Origin: Peptococcia bacterium
Lineage (GTDB): Bacteria > Bacillota > Peptococcia > DRI-13 > DTU073
DNA: 64,000 nt
NCBI GenBank assembly: GCA_050951605.1
Contig: JBMNJJ010000009.1
Span: 409,730-473,729, forward strand
Direction: 5' to 3'
Notes under the pieces: generated by a model
Seen by the model: only the letters and a program-made list of their open reading frames with translations
Told to the model about the DNA's origin: nothing
The model's database searches: none
Program-made: the position numbers and the translations under genes
Part shown: positions 38,903-48,175 of the stretch, in pieces
How positions within the stretch are numbered: position 1 is the first letter of the stretch
Layout: each line of letters begins with the position of its first letter

Positions 38903-40264
38903 ATGAACACGAGTACCTTTAAGGGTGGAATTCATTTGCCTGGGTATAAGGAAGGTACGCAAGGATTACCGATAGTTCCGGCAAGTATTCCTGATAAAGT
39001 TTATCTTCCAATTTCGCAGCATATCGGAGCACCTTGTACTCCTCTTGTGGAGGTAGGAGATGAGGTAAAAAAAGGGCAAAAGATTGCTGCTGGAAAAGGT
39101 TTTGTAACTGCTCCTATTCATGCCAGTGTTAGTGGTCAGGTTGTAGCTATAGAAAAAAGGCAGCATCCCGGTGGGAATTTTGTCGATTGTCTTGTCCTTA
39201 AAAATGATGGGCAGGAAGAATGGGCTGAGACGGTAAAACCGAATCTTCACCCAGGAGATTTAAGTGCAGAAGAAATAAGAAATATTATTTTTGAAGCAGG
39301 GATTGTTGGCTTAGGAGGAGCGACATTCCCAACCCATGTTAAATATGCTCCTGTGGAGGGGAAGAAGGCTGATTATATTATCTTAAATGGCGTAGAATGT
39401 GAACCTTACATTACTGCTGACCATCGCTTAATGTTGGAAAAAGCAGAACGTATTGTAGCAGGATTGCGTTATATTTTAAAGGCTACTAATTGTGAACAAG
39501 GGGTTATTGCGATTGAAGAGAATAAGCCTGATGCCATTGCTCTTTTAAAAAAAGTGGTGGCTTCTGATAAGCATATTCGGGTCCAAGCTTTACAAGAAAA
39601 ATATCCGCAAGGTTCAGAAAAACAATTGATTTATGCCTGTACGCAAAGGGAGGTTCCCGTAGGAGGATTACCCCTTGACGTAGGGGTGATTGTTAATAAT
39701 GTAGGCACGGCGGTAGCGATAGCTGATGCTGTTGAATTAGGAACTCCGCTTATTGAACGTGTGGTTACTTTAAGTGGTAATGGAATTAAAAATCCGGCTA
39801 ATTATTTAGTAAGAATTGGTACGCTTTTCAGTCATTTAATTGAAGAAAGTGGCGGCTATACCGGTGAAATTGAGAAAATAATTGCCGGTGGTTTAATGAT
39901 GGGGAAAGCTGTTTTTACTGCAGATATTCCTGTGATTAAAGGTAGTTCAGGGATAGTCGTACTTAAAAAAACTAAGCCAAAAGATGTTAGAGAATATAAT
40001 TGTGTTCGTTGTGGGAAATGTATTGAAGCTTGTCCTCTTTTTCTAGAACCGACGACGATTGTTAAATTAGCTAAACGAGGTTTGTGGGAAGAAGCGGCTC
40101 AAAATAATGTGATGAGTTGTATTGAATGTGGTTCTTGTGTTTATGTTTGTCCGGCACACATTCCTCTGGTTCAATATACACGGCGGGCAAAGCAAGCGAT
40201 TAATGTGGCTAAAGCCAAAGCCAAAGCTAAGGCTAAAGCTAAAAGTGAGGGAGGTAAAAAATGA
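38903..40264 (+). CDS. rnfC: Rnf complex subunit C
   Basis: Two 4Fe-4S motifs, CVRCGKCIEACP and CIECGSCVYVCP. (KA)n tail. Confidence 0.9.
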   Translation: MNTSTFKGGIHLPGYKEGTQGLPIVPASIPDKVYLPISQHIGAPCTPLVEVGDEVKKGQKIAAGKGFVTAPIHASVSGQVVAIEKRQHPGGNFVDCLVLKNDGQEEWAETVKPNLHPGDLSAEEIRNIIFEAGIVGLGGATFPTHVKYAPVEGKKADYIILNGVECEPYITADHRLMLEKAERIVAGLRYILKATNCEQGVIAIEENKPDAIALLKKVVASDKHIRVQALQEKYPQGSEKQLIYACTQREVPVGGLPLDVGVIVNNVGTAVAIADAVELGTPLIERVVTLSGNGIKNPANYLVRIGTLFSHLIEESGGYTGEIEKIIAGGLMMGKAVFTADIPVIKGSSGIVVLKKTKPKDVREYNCVRCGKCIEACPLFLEPTTIVKLAKRGLWEEAAQNNVMSCIECGSCVYVCPAHIPLVQYTRRAKQAINVAKAKAKAKAKAKSEGGKK

Positions 40265-41223
40265 TGAACAATCAGGATAATTTATTAATCGTTTCTTCCT
40301 CGCCACATCTTCATAGCGATAATAGTGTTTCCACGGCGATGCGGGATGTTCTTATTGCTCTTACACCTGCCTTAATTGCTTCTTTATATTTTTTCCGTTT
40401 TGCTGCAGCTAAAGTTATTTTGACTTGTGTTTTTGTGGCGGTGATAAGTGAAGTTATTGCTCAAAAAATTATGAAGAAAGAAGTAACTGTTGACGATTAC
40501 AGTGCGGTAGTTACCGGCTTGTTACTTGCTTTTTGTCTTCCGGCGACCATTCCTTGGTGGATGGCGGCTGTTGGTGCAGTAGTAGCTATTATTATTGGAA
40601 AACAGTTGTTTGGTGGTCTCGGTAATAATATTTTTAACCCCGCCTTAGTAGGAAGGGCTGTTCTTTTAGCGTCTTGGCCTGTAGCGATGACGAACTGGGT
40701 AAATCCTCTTGATGGGGTAACAACTGCTACTCCTTTAGGGATGCTTAAAGAAGGAACAGCTGCGCAACTTCCGTCTTTAGGTCAATTATTTATTGGTAAT
40801 GTAGGAGGGAGTTTAGGTGAAACGTGTGCTTTAGCCTTACTTCTCGGGGCCATATATTTGTTATATAAAGGTCATATCGATTGGCGAATTCCTTTTTCTT
40901 ATCTAGGTACTGTTTTTGTTTTGACGGCAATTATTGGTGTTTTTAAAGGGGAAGGGCTTTGGTATCCACTTTATCATCTTTTGGCCGGTGGTTTAATTTT
41001 AGGTGCCTTTTTTATGGCTACTGATTGGGTTACCAGTCCGTTGACGAAAAAAGGTAAATTTATTTTTGGACTCGGTTGTGGTCTTTTAACGGTGGTTATT
41101 CGCTTACAAGGTGGTTATCCGGAAGGTGTTTGTTATTCCATTTTATTGATGAATATGGTCACTCCTCTTATTGATCGTTATACTAAACCTCGTGTGTTTG
41201 GAGGTGTAAGTAAAAATGCGTAA
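40261..41223 (+). CDS. rnfD: Rnf complex subunit D
   Basis: Polytopic NqrB/RnfD-like sequence; overlaps the rnfC stop. Confidence 0.9.
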   Translation: MMNNQDNLLIVSSSPHLHSDNSVSTAMRDVLIALTPALIASLYFFRFAAAKVILTCVFVAVISEVIAQKIMKKEVTVDDYSAVVTGLLLAFCLPATIPWWMAAVGAVVAIIIGKQLFGGLGNNIFNPALVGRAVLLASWPVAMTNWVNPLDGVTTATPLGMLKEGTAAQLPSLGQLFIGNVGGSLGETCALALLLGAIYLLYKGHIDWRIPFSYLGTVFVLTAIIGVFKGEGLWYPLYHLLAGGLILGAFFMATDWVTSPLTKKGKFIFGLGCGLLTVVIRLQGGYPEGVCYSILLMNMVTPLIDRYTKPRVFGGVSKNA

Positions 41224-41791
41224 AGCGTTGAAATTAGGGCTGTTTTTATGTATTGTTGCTGGTATTGCAGGTTTTGCCATTTCTTATGTGAATGACCTTA
41301 CTCAGCCCTTGATTGAGCAACAGATGGAAGCTAAAAAGTTAAATAGTTTTCAGGAGGTTTATTCTGGTATAGAGGAAGTTAAAGATGAAAGTAATCAATA
41401 TTTAAACAGTAATACTGACCCTGTGCTTACGGAAGTGCATGTTGTTTATCAAGATAATATTCCTAAAGGTGTTATTTATATGGTTGAGCCTTCTGGATAT
41501 AATGGAAAAATTCAGTTGTTAGTAGGCATTGATATTGCAGATAAGAAAATTACTGCGATTAAAATTTTAAGTCAGTCGGAGACACCTGGTCTTGGTTCTC
41601 AAGCAAAGGAAAGTTTCTTTAGGGATCGTTTTCAAGGGAAAAGCACGGTAAATCCGCTGGAAGTTGTGACTAAAGAGCCCGTAGGAGAAAATCAAGTGTT
41701 AGCTATAACTTCGGCGACGATTACTTCTAAGGCTGTAACTAGTGGTGTTAATGTAGCCCGACAACATTTTTTAGATAATTTCGGAGGGTAA
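41216..41791 (+). CDS. rnfG: Rnf complex subunit G (FMN-binding)
   Basis: SGYNG...ETPGLG...ITSATITS FMN-attachment region. Confidence 0.85.
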   Translation: MRKALKLGLFLCIVAGIAGFAISYVNDLTQPLIEQQMEAKKLNSFQEVYSGIEEVKDESNQYLNSNTDPVLTEVHVVYQDNIPKGVIYMVEPSGYNGKIQLLVGIDIADKKITAIKILSQSETPGLGSQAKESFFRDRFQGKSTVNPLEVVTKEPVGENQVLAITSATITSKAVTSGVNVARQHFLDNFGG

Positions 41792-41832
41792 GTTTAATAT
41801 GTTATTTTGGAAAGAGGAGGTAAATTGCGGCG

Positions 41833-42492
41833 ATGAGTTTAGGAAAAGAATTTAGTAAAGGAATTTTGCGGGAAAACCCTCTTTTTCGTCTTACTTTAGG
41901 GATGTGTCCTTCTTTGGCAATTACGACTTCGGTTAATAATGCTTTGGGGATGGGGGTAGCTTTCACCGGGGTGCTTCTAGCTTCTAATGTGGTGATATCG
42001 GCTTTACGTAAAGTTATTCCAGAGAGTATTCGTATCCCTTGTTATATTGTTATTATTGCTTCTTTTGTTACTTTAACGGAAATGTTAATGCAGGCATACA
42101 TGCCTGAGTTGTTTGAAAGCTTAGGTATTTTCATTCCCTTAATTGTCGTAAATTGCATCATTTTAGGGCGGGCAGAAGCTTTTGCGAGTAAAAACACGGT
42201 TTTGCCTTCTTTTATGGATGGTTTAGGCATGGGTGTTGGTTATACTTTAGCCTTAGTTATTGTTTCTACGTTTAGAGAAATTTTAGGAGCAGGAACATTT
42301 ATGGGACATGTTGTTTTTGCTGATTCAACATATTCAGCCTTAATTATGATTCTGCCACCCGGAGGGTTCATTACGTTAGGATGTATCTTAGGTTTTCTTA
42401 ATTTGCTGCAAAACAGAAAGGTTATGAAAAATAGACGTACTACTCAGTTGAAGCTAAAACAGCAAGTAGCACAGCAAGTAAGTAGTAATTAA
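41833..42492 (+). CDS. rnfE: Rnf complex subunit E
   Basis: NqrD/RnfE-like sequence (NPLFRLTLGMCPSLAIT). Confidence 0.9.
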   Translation: MSLGKEFSKGILRENPLFRLTLGMCPSLAITTSVNNALGMGVAFTGVLLASNVVISALRKVIPESIRIPCYIVIIASFVTLTEMLMQAYMPELFESLGIFIPLIVVNCIILGRAEAFASKNTVLPSFMDGLGMGVGYTLALVIVSTFREILGAGTFMGHVVFADSTYSALIMILPPGGFITLGCILGFLNLLQNRKVMKNRRTTQLKLKQQVAQQVSSN

Positions 42493-42509
42493 GAAAGGAG
42501 GCCATTTAA

Positions 42510-43085
42510 ATGCGTGAAATGATCATCATTATTATCGGTGCGGTTTTAATTAATAATATAATTTTGTCACAGTTTTTAGGTGTTTGTCCCTTTTTAGGTG
42601 TTTCTAAGAAACTCTCCTCTGCTGTAGGGATGGGTGTGGCGGTAACTTTTGTTTTAACTTTGGCTTCCTTGATTACTTGGCTGGTGCAGACATTTATTTT
42701 AGAGCTTTTAGAAATAGAATATCTGCAGACAATTGCTTTTATTTTGGTGATTGCTTCCTTAGTTCAGTTTGTGGAAATGGTGATGCGGAAAAAAACACCC
42801 GATCTTTATGAGGCCTTAGGGGTATATCTTCCTTTGATTACTACCAACTGTGCTGTGTTAGGGGTAGCCATTATTAATATCCAAAAGTCTTATGGTTTTC
42901 TGGAAACATTAGCCAATAGTTTAGGAAATGCCTTAGGTTTTACTTTGGCTTTAGTTTTATTTGCGGGAATTAGGGAGAGGTTGGAAGATGCTGATGTTCC
43001 TCAAAGTTTAAAAGGGATGCCCATTGCTTTGGTTACTGCTGCTTTAATGTCGATTGCTTTTTTAGGATTTACGGGTCTTTTATAA
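42510..43085 (+). CDS. rnfA: Rnf complex subunit A
   Basis: NqrE/RnfA-like sequence (NNIILSQFLGVCPFLGVS). Confidence 0.9.
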   Translation: MREMIIIIIGAVLINNIILSQFLGVCPFLGVSKKLSSAVGMGVAVTFVLTLASLITWLVQTFILELLEIEYLQTIAFILVIASLVQFVEMVMRKKTPDLYEALGVYLPLITTNCAVLGVAIINIQKSYGFLETLANSLGNALGFTLALVLFAGIRERLEDADVPQSLKGMPIALVTAALMSIAFLGFTGLL

Positions 43086-43107
43086 ATGAGTACGGAGGTA
43101 GAACATC

Positions 43108-43991
43108 ATGATTTATGCAGTTTTAAGTTTGGCTGTTTTGGGAGGAGTTTTTGGCATAGTTCTCGGTGTAGCCAATAAAAAATTTGCTGTAGAGGTTGAT
43201 CCACGGGTAGAAGCGATTACTGAAGTTTTACCCGGAGCTAATTGTGGCAGCTGTGGTTTTCCCGGTTGTAGTGGTTATGCAGAGGCAATCGTAGCAGGTA
43301 CGGCTCCACTTGATGCTTGTGCACCGGGTAAAGATGAAGTTCGGCAAAAGATTGCTCAAATAATGGGTGTGGAGGCAGGTAAAGCTAAAGAACGTAAGGT
43401 TGCTCAGCTTTTCTGCAAAGGAGGACGGATAGAGCTGCTTTTCTCTATGAATATGAAGGTATCCGGGATTGTCATACTGCGGCGACGATGTTTCAAGGAC
43501 CTAAGGCTTGTAGTTATGGTTGTCTTGGTTTAGGTAGTTGTGTTGAGGCTTGTCCTTTCGGGGGTATTCAGATGGGAGAAGACCAATTACCGGTAGTTGA
43601 TTATGAGTTATGTTCAGGTTGTGGTGCTTGTGTAGATAATTGCCCACAACATATTTTAAAGCTTGTTAAAGCCTCTCAGCTTGTTCATGTTCGTTGTAGT
43701 AATAAAGAAAAAGGGAAAAAGGCGAAAAAAGCTTGTACAGTAGCCTGTATTAAATGTAAACTTTGTGAAAGAAATTGTCCGGAAGGGGCGATTAGTGTAG
43801 TCGCTGATGCCGAAGGGAGTATTGCGGTAATTGATTATGCGAAGTGTACTAATTGTGGAATTTGTGTCGAAAAGTGTCCTACCAAGGTCATTGAAAAAAT
43901 GTTGCCGCTAACAACTTCCCTGGAGCAGAATAAAGAAGTAACTCCTGGGCAAAAACCTACAGGCTGTCAAAATTGTGGTCTTTGTCAGTAA
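43108..43991 (+). pseudogene. rnfB: Rnf complex subunit B with an apparent 1-nt frameshift near 43421-43430
   Basis: ORF 43108..43533 gives ...CGSCGFPGCSGYAEAIV...QLFCKGG and then nonsense. ORF 43488..43991, whose frame extends upstream, gives DRAAFLYEYEGIRDCHTAATMFQGPKACSYGCLGLGSC plus ferredoxin CxxCxxCxxxCP repeats. Confidence 0.8.
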
Positions 43992-44018
43992 AGATATTTT
44001 TATGAAAGTAGGAGTATT

Positions 44019-45084
44019 TTGATGAAAAAGAACTATCCCATAGTGCTGATAGTATTTTTAGTGATTGCTTTGTTGGTGGGAACTATCTTTTTGAGGCAAA
44101 AAAAAGAGCGAGAATTGACGAGTGATGAATTTCTGATGGATACTTTAATCAGTATTAGTACTTATGGTACTGATACTGATTTTTTACAAAAAGCTATGGA
44201 AAAAGCTTTTCAGGAAATGAGACGTATTGCTGATTTAACTGATCGCTTTTCCTTTGTCAGGAACAACTGCTGCTGCCTTAAGTGATGTAGTTTCTATTAA
44301 TGAAAATGCGGGGATAAAACCTGTTGTTGTAGACAAAGATGTCTTTAAAATGTTGCAATTAGCCCAAGCATATAATCGGCTCACAGAAGGTGCTTTTGAT
44401 GTGACTATTGGCCCTTTAATGGACTTATGGGGTTTTGGTCGCGAAAAGCAAAAGGTCCCCACTGCTGGCGAATTAGAGCAGGTTTTAACTTTAGTAGATA
44501 GTGAAAAGTTAATTTTAAATCAAGAGGAACAGAGTGCTTTTTTAAGCGAAAAGGGAATGTCTTTAGATTTAGGTGCAGTCGCCAAAGGTTATGCTGTAGA
44601 AAAAGCTGCACAAGTATTGAGAAAAGAGGGTGTTGAGAAAGCTTTAATTAATGCGGGAGGGAATATTAGGGTTATAGGTGAAAAAGTAAAGAGGCAACCT
44701 TGGAAAATAGGGATTCAAGACCCACGTGATTCTTCTGCTTTAATCGGGATACTTTCTTTAGAAGATGAAGCTACGGCTACTTCCGGAGATTATAACCGGA
44801 TGATTAAAATTGCTGGAAAGAATTATCATCATCTTCTTTCTCCTCAGACAGGCTGTCCAGTAGGATATAATATGGGTGTAACTGTAGTTACGCGTGATGC
44901 AGGTCAAGCGGATTTGCTTTCGACCGCTTTGTTTCTTTTAGAGCCACAACAGGCCCTAGAGTTAGTAGCCAAGTTAAGTGAGACAGAAGTAGTTATTGTG
45001 ACTGCTGACCAGAAAATTTTAGTTAGTCCTGGCCTACAAGGGAAGATAGAACTGAGACCGAGGAAGGAATATAGTTATGACTAA
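44019..45084 (+). pseudogene. apbE: ApbE/Ftp FAD:protein FMN transferase with an apparent frameshift near 44247-44256
   Basis: ORFs 44019..44285 and 44254..45084 join as ...RIADLTDRFS / LSGTTAAALSDVVSINENAG... with a 1-nt shift in ttttccttt. ApbE-like motifs LDLGAVAKGYA and SGDY are present. Confidence 0.8.
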
Positions 45085-45451
45085 AACTGATCAAAAATTA
45101 TTATTAGTATTATTAATAATCGGTTTGCTGGCTCTGTGTTTTGAATAGGTTTTATTTTCATCCCAGACACAGTCAAATCAGGTGGTCATAAAAGTAAAGG
45201 GTGAGATAATAAAGACTTTAACTTTACGAGAAGGAGAACCTTTGCAGAGGTTGATCATTGAAGGAAAAAGAGGTCAGGCTATTGTGGAAACTAAAGGACT
45301 AAAGGTGCGGATGTTGGAAGCTCCCTGTCCTGATCAAATTTGTGTTAAACAAGGGTGGATCGATAGGCCGCGACAAACGATTATTTGTGTACCTAATGAG
45401 ATTGTTATTTATATAGATGCAGAAGCTTCTCTTGATGGGATTACTGGTTAA
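45077..45451 (+). CDS. NusG domain II-like (DUF1312) membrane-anchored protein with an in-frame TAG at 45146-45148
   Basis: ATG in an ATGA overlap with the apbE stop gives MTKTDQKLLLVLLIIGLLALCFE-TAG-VLFSSQTQSNQVVIKVKGEII..., in the same frame as ORF 45182..45451. If the TAG is real, the alternative start is GTG 45182. Confidence 0.55.
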
Positions 45452-45467
45452 ATAAGGTGAGTTATTA

Positions 45468-45992
45468 ATGTCTAAAACACGAAAATTAGTATATTTTTCT
45501 CTTTTTATAACCCTGGCTACAGCACTGGGTTTTTTAGAAATGCTTTTACCTAATCCTCTTCCTTTGCCGGGGGTTAAATTAGGGCTGGCGAATATTGTTA
45601 CTTTATTGGTACTTTATCTGTATGGTTTGAAGGCAGGATTAGTAGTATCTTTGTTTCGAGTTCTTTTTGCCTCTTTATTAGGAGGAACTTTTCTTGCAGT
45701 AGGTTTTTGGCTTAGTTTTTCCGGTGCTGTCTTCAGCACTTTAGTTATGGCTGTATTAATTAAATGTGTTCCGGCACTAAGCATTATGGGTGTAAGTATG
45801 GTTGGAGCTGTGTCACACAATGTCGGACAATTACTGACAGCTTCACTCTTAATTCAAACACCATATATTTTTTATTATCTTCCTATTTTACTTTTAGCAG
45901 GCTTACCTACCGGAGTGGTGACTGGTTATCTTGCTCGTTTATTGCTTCGTTATTTTCCGGGAAAAGATTTTTTAATTATTAAAGAAAAATAA
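45468..45992 (+). CDS. Gx transporter / heptaprenyl diphosphate synthase component I-family membrane protein
   Basis: 5-TM protein in the usual ApbE-NusG_II-Gx gene context. Confidence 0.6.
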   Translation: MSKTRKLVYFSLFITLATALGFLEMLLPNPLPLPGVKLGLANIVTLLVLYLYGLKAGLVVSLFRVLFASLLGGTFLAVGFWLSFSGAVFSTLVMAVLIKCVPALSIMGVSMVGAVSHNVGQLLTASLLIQTPYIFYYLPILLLAGLPTGVVTGYLARLLLRYFPGKDFLIIKEK

Positions 45993-46063
45993 AAAGACAG
46001 GCACATTATTAGTTTCATCACCATATTATTAAGAATGACTGTAAAAATGGAGGTGAAACTGTA

Positions 46064-46756
46064 ATGGGTTTAGGGACAATAATTATTGCCGCGGCAACCT
46101 TAATTAACAGCCTGTTACTTCTTGCTTATTATTTAAATAATAATGCATTTCCTCATCCGCTTTCTGAAAAGGATGAGCATTTTTATTTAAAAAAAGTTCA
46201 AGCCGGAGACCTTAATGCTAGAAATACGCTGATTGAACATAATTTAAGATTAGTAGCCCATATTGCTAAAAAATTTGATGGGGTAGGTGATGATAAAGAT
46301 GATATTATTTCTATAGGGACTATAGGTTTAATTAAAGCCATTAATACTTTTGATCCTGAAAAAGGTACAAAGTTAGCTACATATGCCGCACGCTGTATTG
46401 AAAATGAAATTTTAATGCACTTGCGAGCAACTAAAAAAAACAGAGGCGAGGTTTCTCTTTATGACCCGATAGGTGTTGACAAAGAAGGTAATGAGATTAC
46501 ATTAATTGATATTTTAGGTACACATCCGGATGTTGTTCCAGACCTTGTGCAAACTAATGTAGAATTCCAGCAGGCTCTGGAAAAGATTAAAAATTTAAGT
46601 ACACGGGAAAGAAACGTTTTAGAAATGCGTTTTGGTTTAGTTAACGGTTTTAGAAAAACTCAACGAGAAATTGCTATGATGTTAGGAATATCGCGTTCCT
46701 ATGTTTCGCGTATTGAAAAGAGAGCTTTAGAAAAATTAATTAAGGAGTTAAAATAA
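46064..46756 (+). CDS. sigK: Sporulation sigma factor SigK (pro-sigma-K), uninterrupted
   Basis: Pro-sequence plus YLNNNAFPHPLS, then NTLIEHNLRLVAHIAKKF, GTKLATYAARCIENEILMHLR and ISRSYVSRIEKRAL. Closely parallels B. subtilis SigK. Confidence 0.85.
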   Translation: MGLGTIIIAAATLINSLLLLAYYLNNNAFPHPLSEKDEHFYLKKVQAGDLNARNTLIEHNLRLVAHIAKKFDGVGDDKDDIISIGTIGLIKAINTFDPEKGTKLATYAARCIENEILMHLRATKKNRGEVSLYDPIGVDKEGNEITLIDILGTHPDVVPDLVQTNVEFQQALEKIKNLSTRERNVLEMRFGLVNGFRKTQREIAMMLGISRSYVSRIEKRALEKLIKELK

Positions 46757-46767
46757 AATAAAAAAAA

Positions 46768-46786
46768 GACCTCTTTTATTGAGGTC
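46768..46786. terminator. Hairpin downstream of sigK (GACCTC-ttttatt-GAGGTC)
   Basis: An A8 run precedes it and no T run follows on the + strand, so the U-tail is on the minus strand. Orientation is ambiguous. Confidence 0.35.
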
Positions 46787-46952
46787 GGCAAGGAAATTAA
46801 ACATAAAATTATATTTATAAAAAAGGAAAGATATTAGTTCACTTTAATTATATATTATAAAGTAGAGTTAAGTAAAGTCATTCTGTGATCGGGGAATGAT
46901 TTTATTCTCTATTTATGGTAAAATATTTGTAGGAAAATGGTAGGAGATAAAT

Positions 46953-47438
46953 ATGAGTATTTTGAAACCTGATTTAATGGTTAATTCTCTTGGTGATATT
47001 AATTTAAAGTTACATTGGGAGAGGGGTAAACGAGGAATAATTTTAGATCTTGATAATACAATAGTTTCGTGGAATGTTAAGGAATTAAGTGAAGAAGGAC
47101 ATCTTTTTCTTAAGCAAGCTCTTGCTTTAAAATATAAAATATATTTACTTACAAATGCTGGGCGAAAAAGGACAGAAACTATTGCTCGAAAATATAACAT
47201 TTCTTATATCGCTCCAGCTCTTAAACCGCGGAAAAGTCCTTTTTTAAAAGCTTTAAAAAAAATGAATTTACAAAAGGATAAAGTTTTAGTTATTGGGGAT
47301 CAGATTTTTACAGATATTTTAGGGGGAAATCGAGTTGGTTGTTATACAATTTTAGTGCCACCTCTTTCGCCAAGGGAGTTTATAGGCACAAAGTTTATAC
47401 GGTTATTAGAATTTTTCGTTAAACGGATGATTATTTAG
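46953..47438 (+). CDS. yqeG: YqeG-family HAD-IIIA phosphatase
   Basis: GIILDLDNTIV, LTNAG and VIGDQIFTDILGGN. Confidence 0.8.
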   Translation: MSILKPDLMVNSLGDINLKLHWERGKRGIILDLDNTIVSWNVKELSEEGHLFLKQALALKYKIYLLTNAGRKRTETIARKYNISYIAPALKPRKSPFLKALKKMNLQKDKVLVIGDQIFTDILGGNRVGCYTILVPPLSPREFIGTKFIRLLEFFVKRMII

Positions 47439-47518
47439 TAAGTTTAATAAGTACCTTATGCTGTAAAAGGATGTTTTGGTGACTTGATGATGATAAATAG
47501 AATTAGCATTTAAGGCGG

Positions 47519-48049
47519 GTGAATAATTTGCAAGCAAATATTATCTTAATAGGTTTTATGGGAACTGGGAAAACTGCAGTAGGCAAAAGATTAGCTACAA
47601 TCTTAAAAAAAGATTTTTACGATACTGATCACGAAATAGAAAATGTTACGGGTATGTCTATTTCCCAGTTATTTAGCAAGCATGGGGAAGTTAGGTTTCG
47701 TTCTGAGGAAAACTTAGCTTTACAACGTTTGTTACAAAGAGAAAACTGTATTATTGCTACAGGAGGAGGAATTGTTTTAAATCAAGATAATATTGATTTT
47801 TTAGCAGAAAAGGGTGTTATTATTTGTCTTTTGGCACGACCTGAAATTATTTATGAACGAGTGAAAAGACGAAACAACCGTCCTTTATTAAAAAAGGATA
47901 ATCTTTACGAAACTATTATTAAATTGATGAAGGAACGAGAGAAATTATATAAGTGTGCTGATTTTTATATTGATACTTCCGATTTAGAATTCAGTGAAAT
48001 CATTGATAAGATTATTGCTTTTTTGGAAGATTATTGGCAAGAACTCTAA
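47519..48049 (+). CDS. aroK: Shikimate kinase
   Basis: IILIGFMGTGKTAVGKRLA and GGGIV. Start (GTG 47519 or TTG 47528) is uncertain. Confidence 0.85.
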   Translation: MNNLQANIILIGFMGTGKTAVGKRLATILKKDFYDTDHEIENVTGMSISQLFSKHGEVRFRSEENLALQRLLQRENCIIATGGGIVLNQDNIDFLAEKGVIICLLARPEIIYERVKRRNNRPLLKKDNLYETIIKLMKEREKLYKCADFYIDTSDLEFSEIIDKIIAFLEDYWQEL

Positions 48050-48175
48050 AGGTTCAACAATCAGAAAATTGGTGTTAGAGTTGCAGGGATTTACAGAAAA
48101 AAGTCGAATATTTGTAATTACAAGTAATTTCAAGACTAATAAAAAATTAAAAGGTAAATAAGGGGGAATAACAAG

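Noticed and set aside
40206-40245. Tandem hexanucleotide repeat (GCYAAR)n near 40.2 kb, considered as a possible repeat array or CRISPR-like feature.
   Set aside because: It is in frame and encodes the (KA)n tail of RnfC. There are no spacers. I saw no CRISPR array, cas gene, tRNA or rRNA anywhere in the window.
45146-45148. In-frame TAG as a pyrrolysine codon.
   Set aside because: There are no pyl genes or PYLIS-like context in the window, and the position is in a linker after a TM helix. A nonsense mutation or base error is far more likely. It is kept only as a low-interest finding.
46064-46756. Possible skin-like intervening element in sigK.
   Set aside because: The ORF is continuous from the pro-sequence through region 4, and no recombinase is nearby. 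sigK is intact here.
46768-46786. The hairpin after sigK as a canonical + strand terminator.
   Set aside because: The T run is on the opposite strand (A8 precedes the stem on +), and no minus-strand gene converges here. It is left as a low-confidence hairpin.
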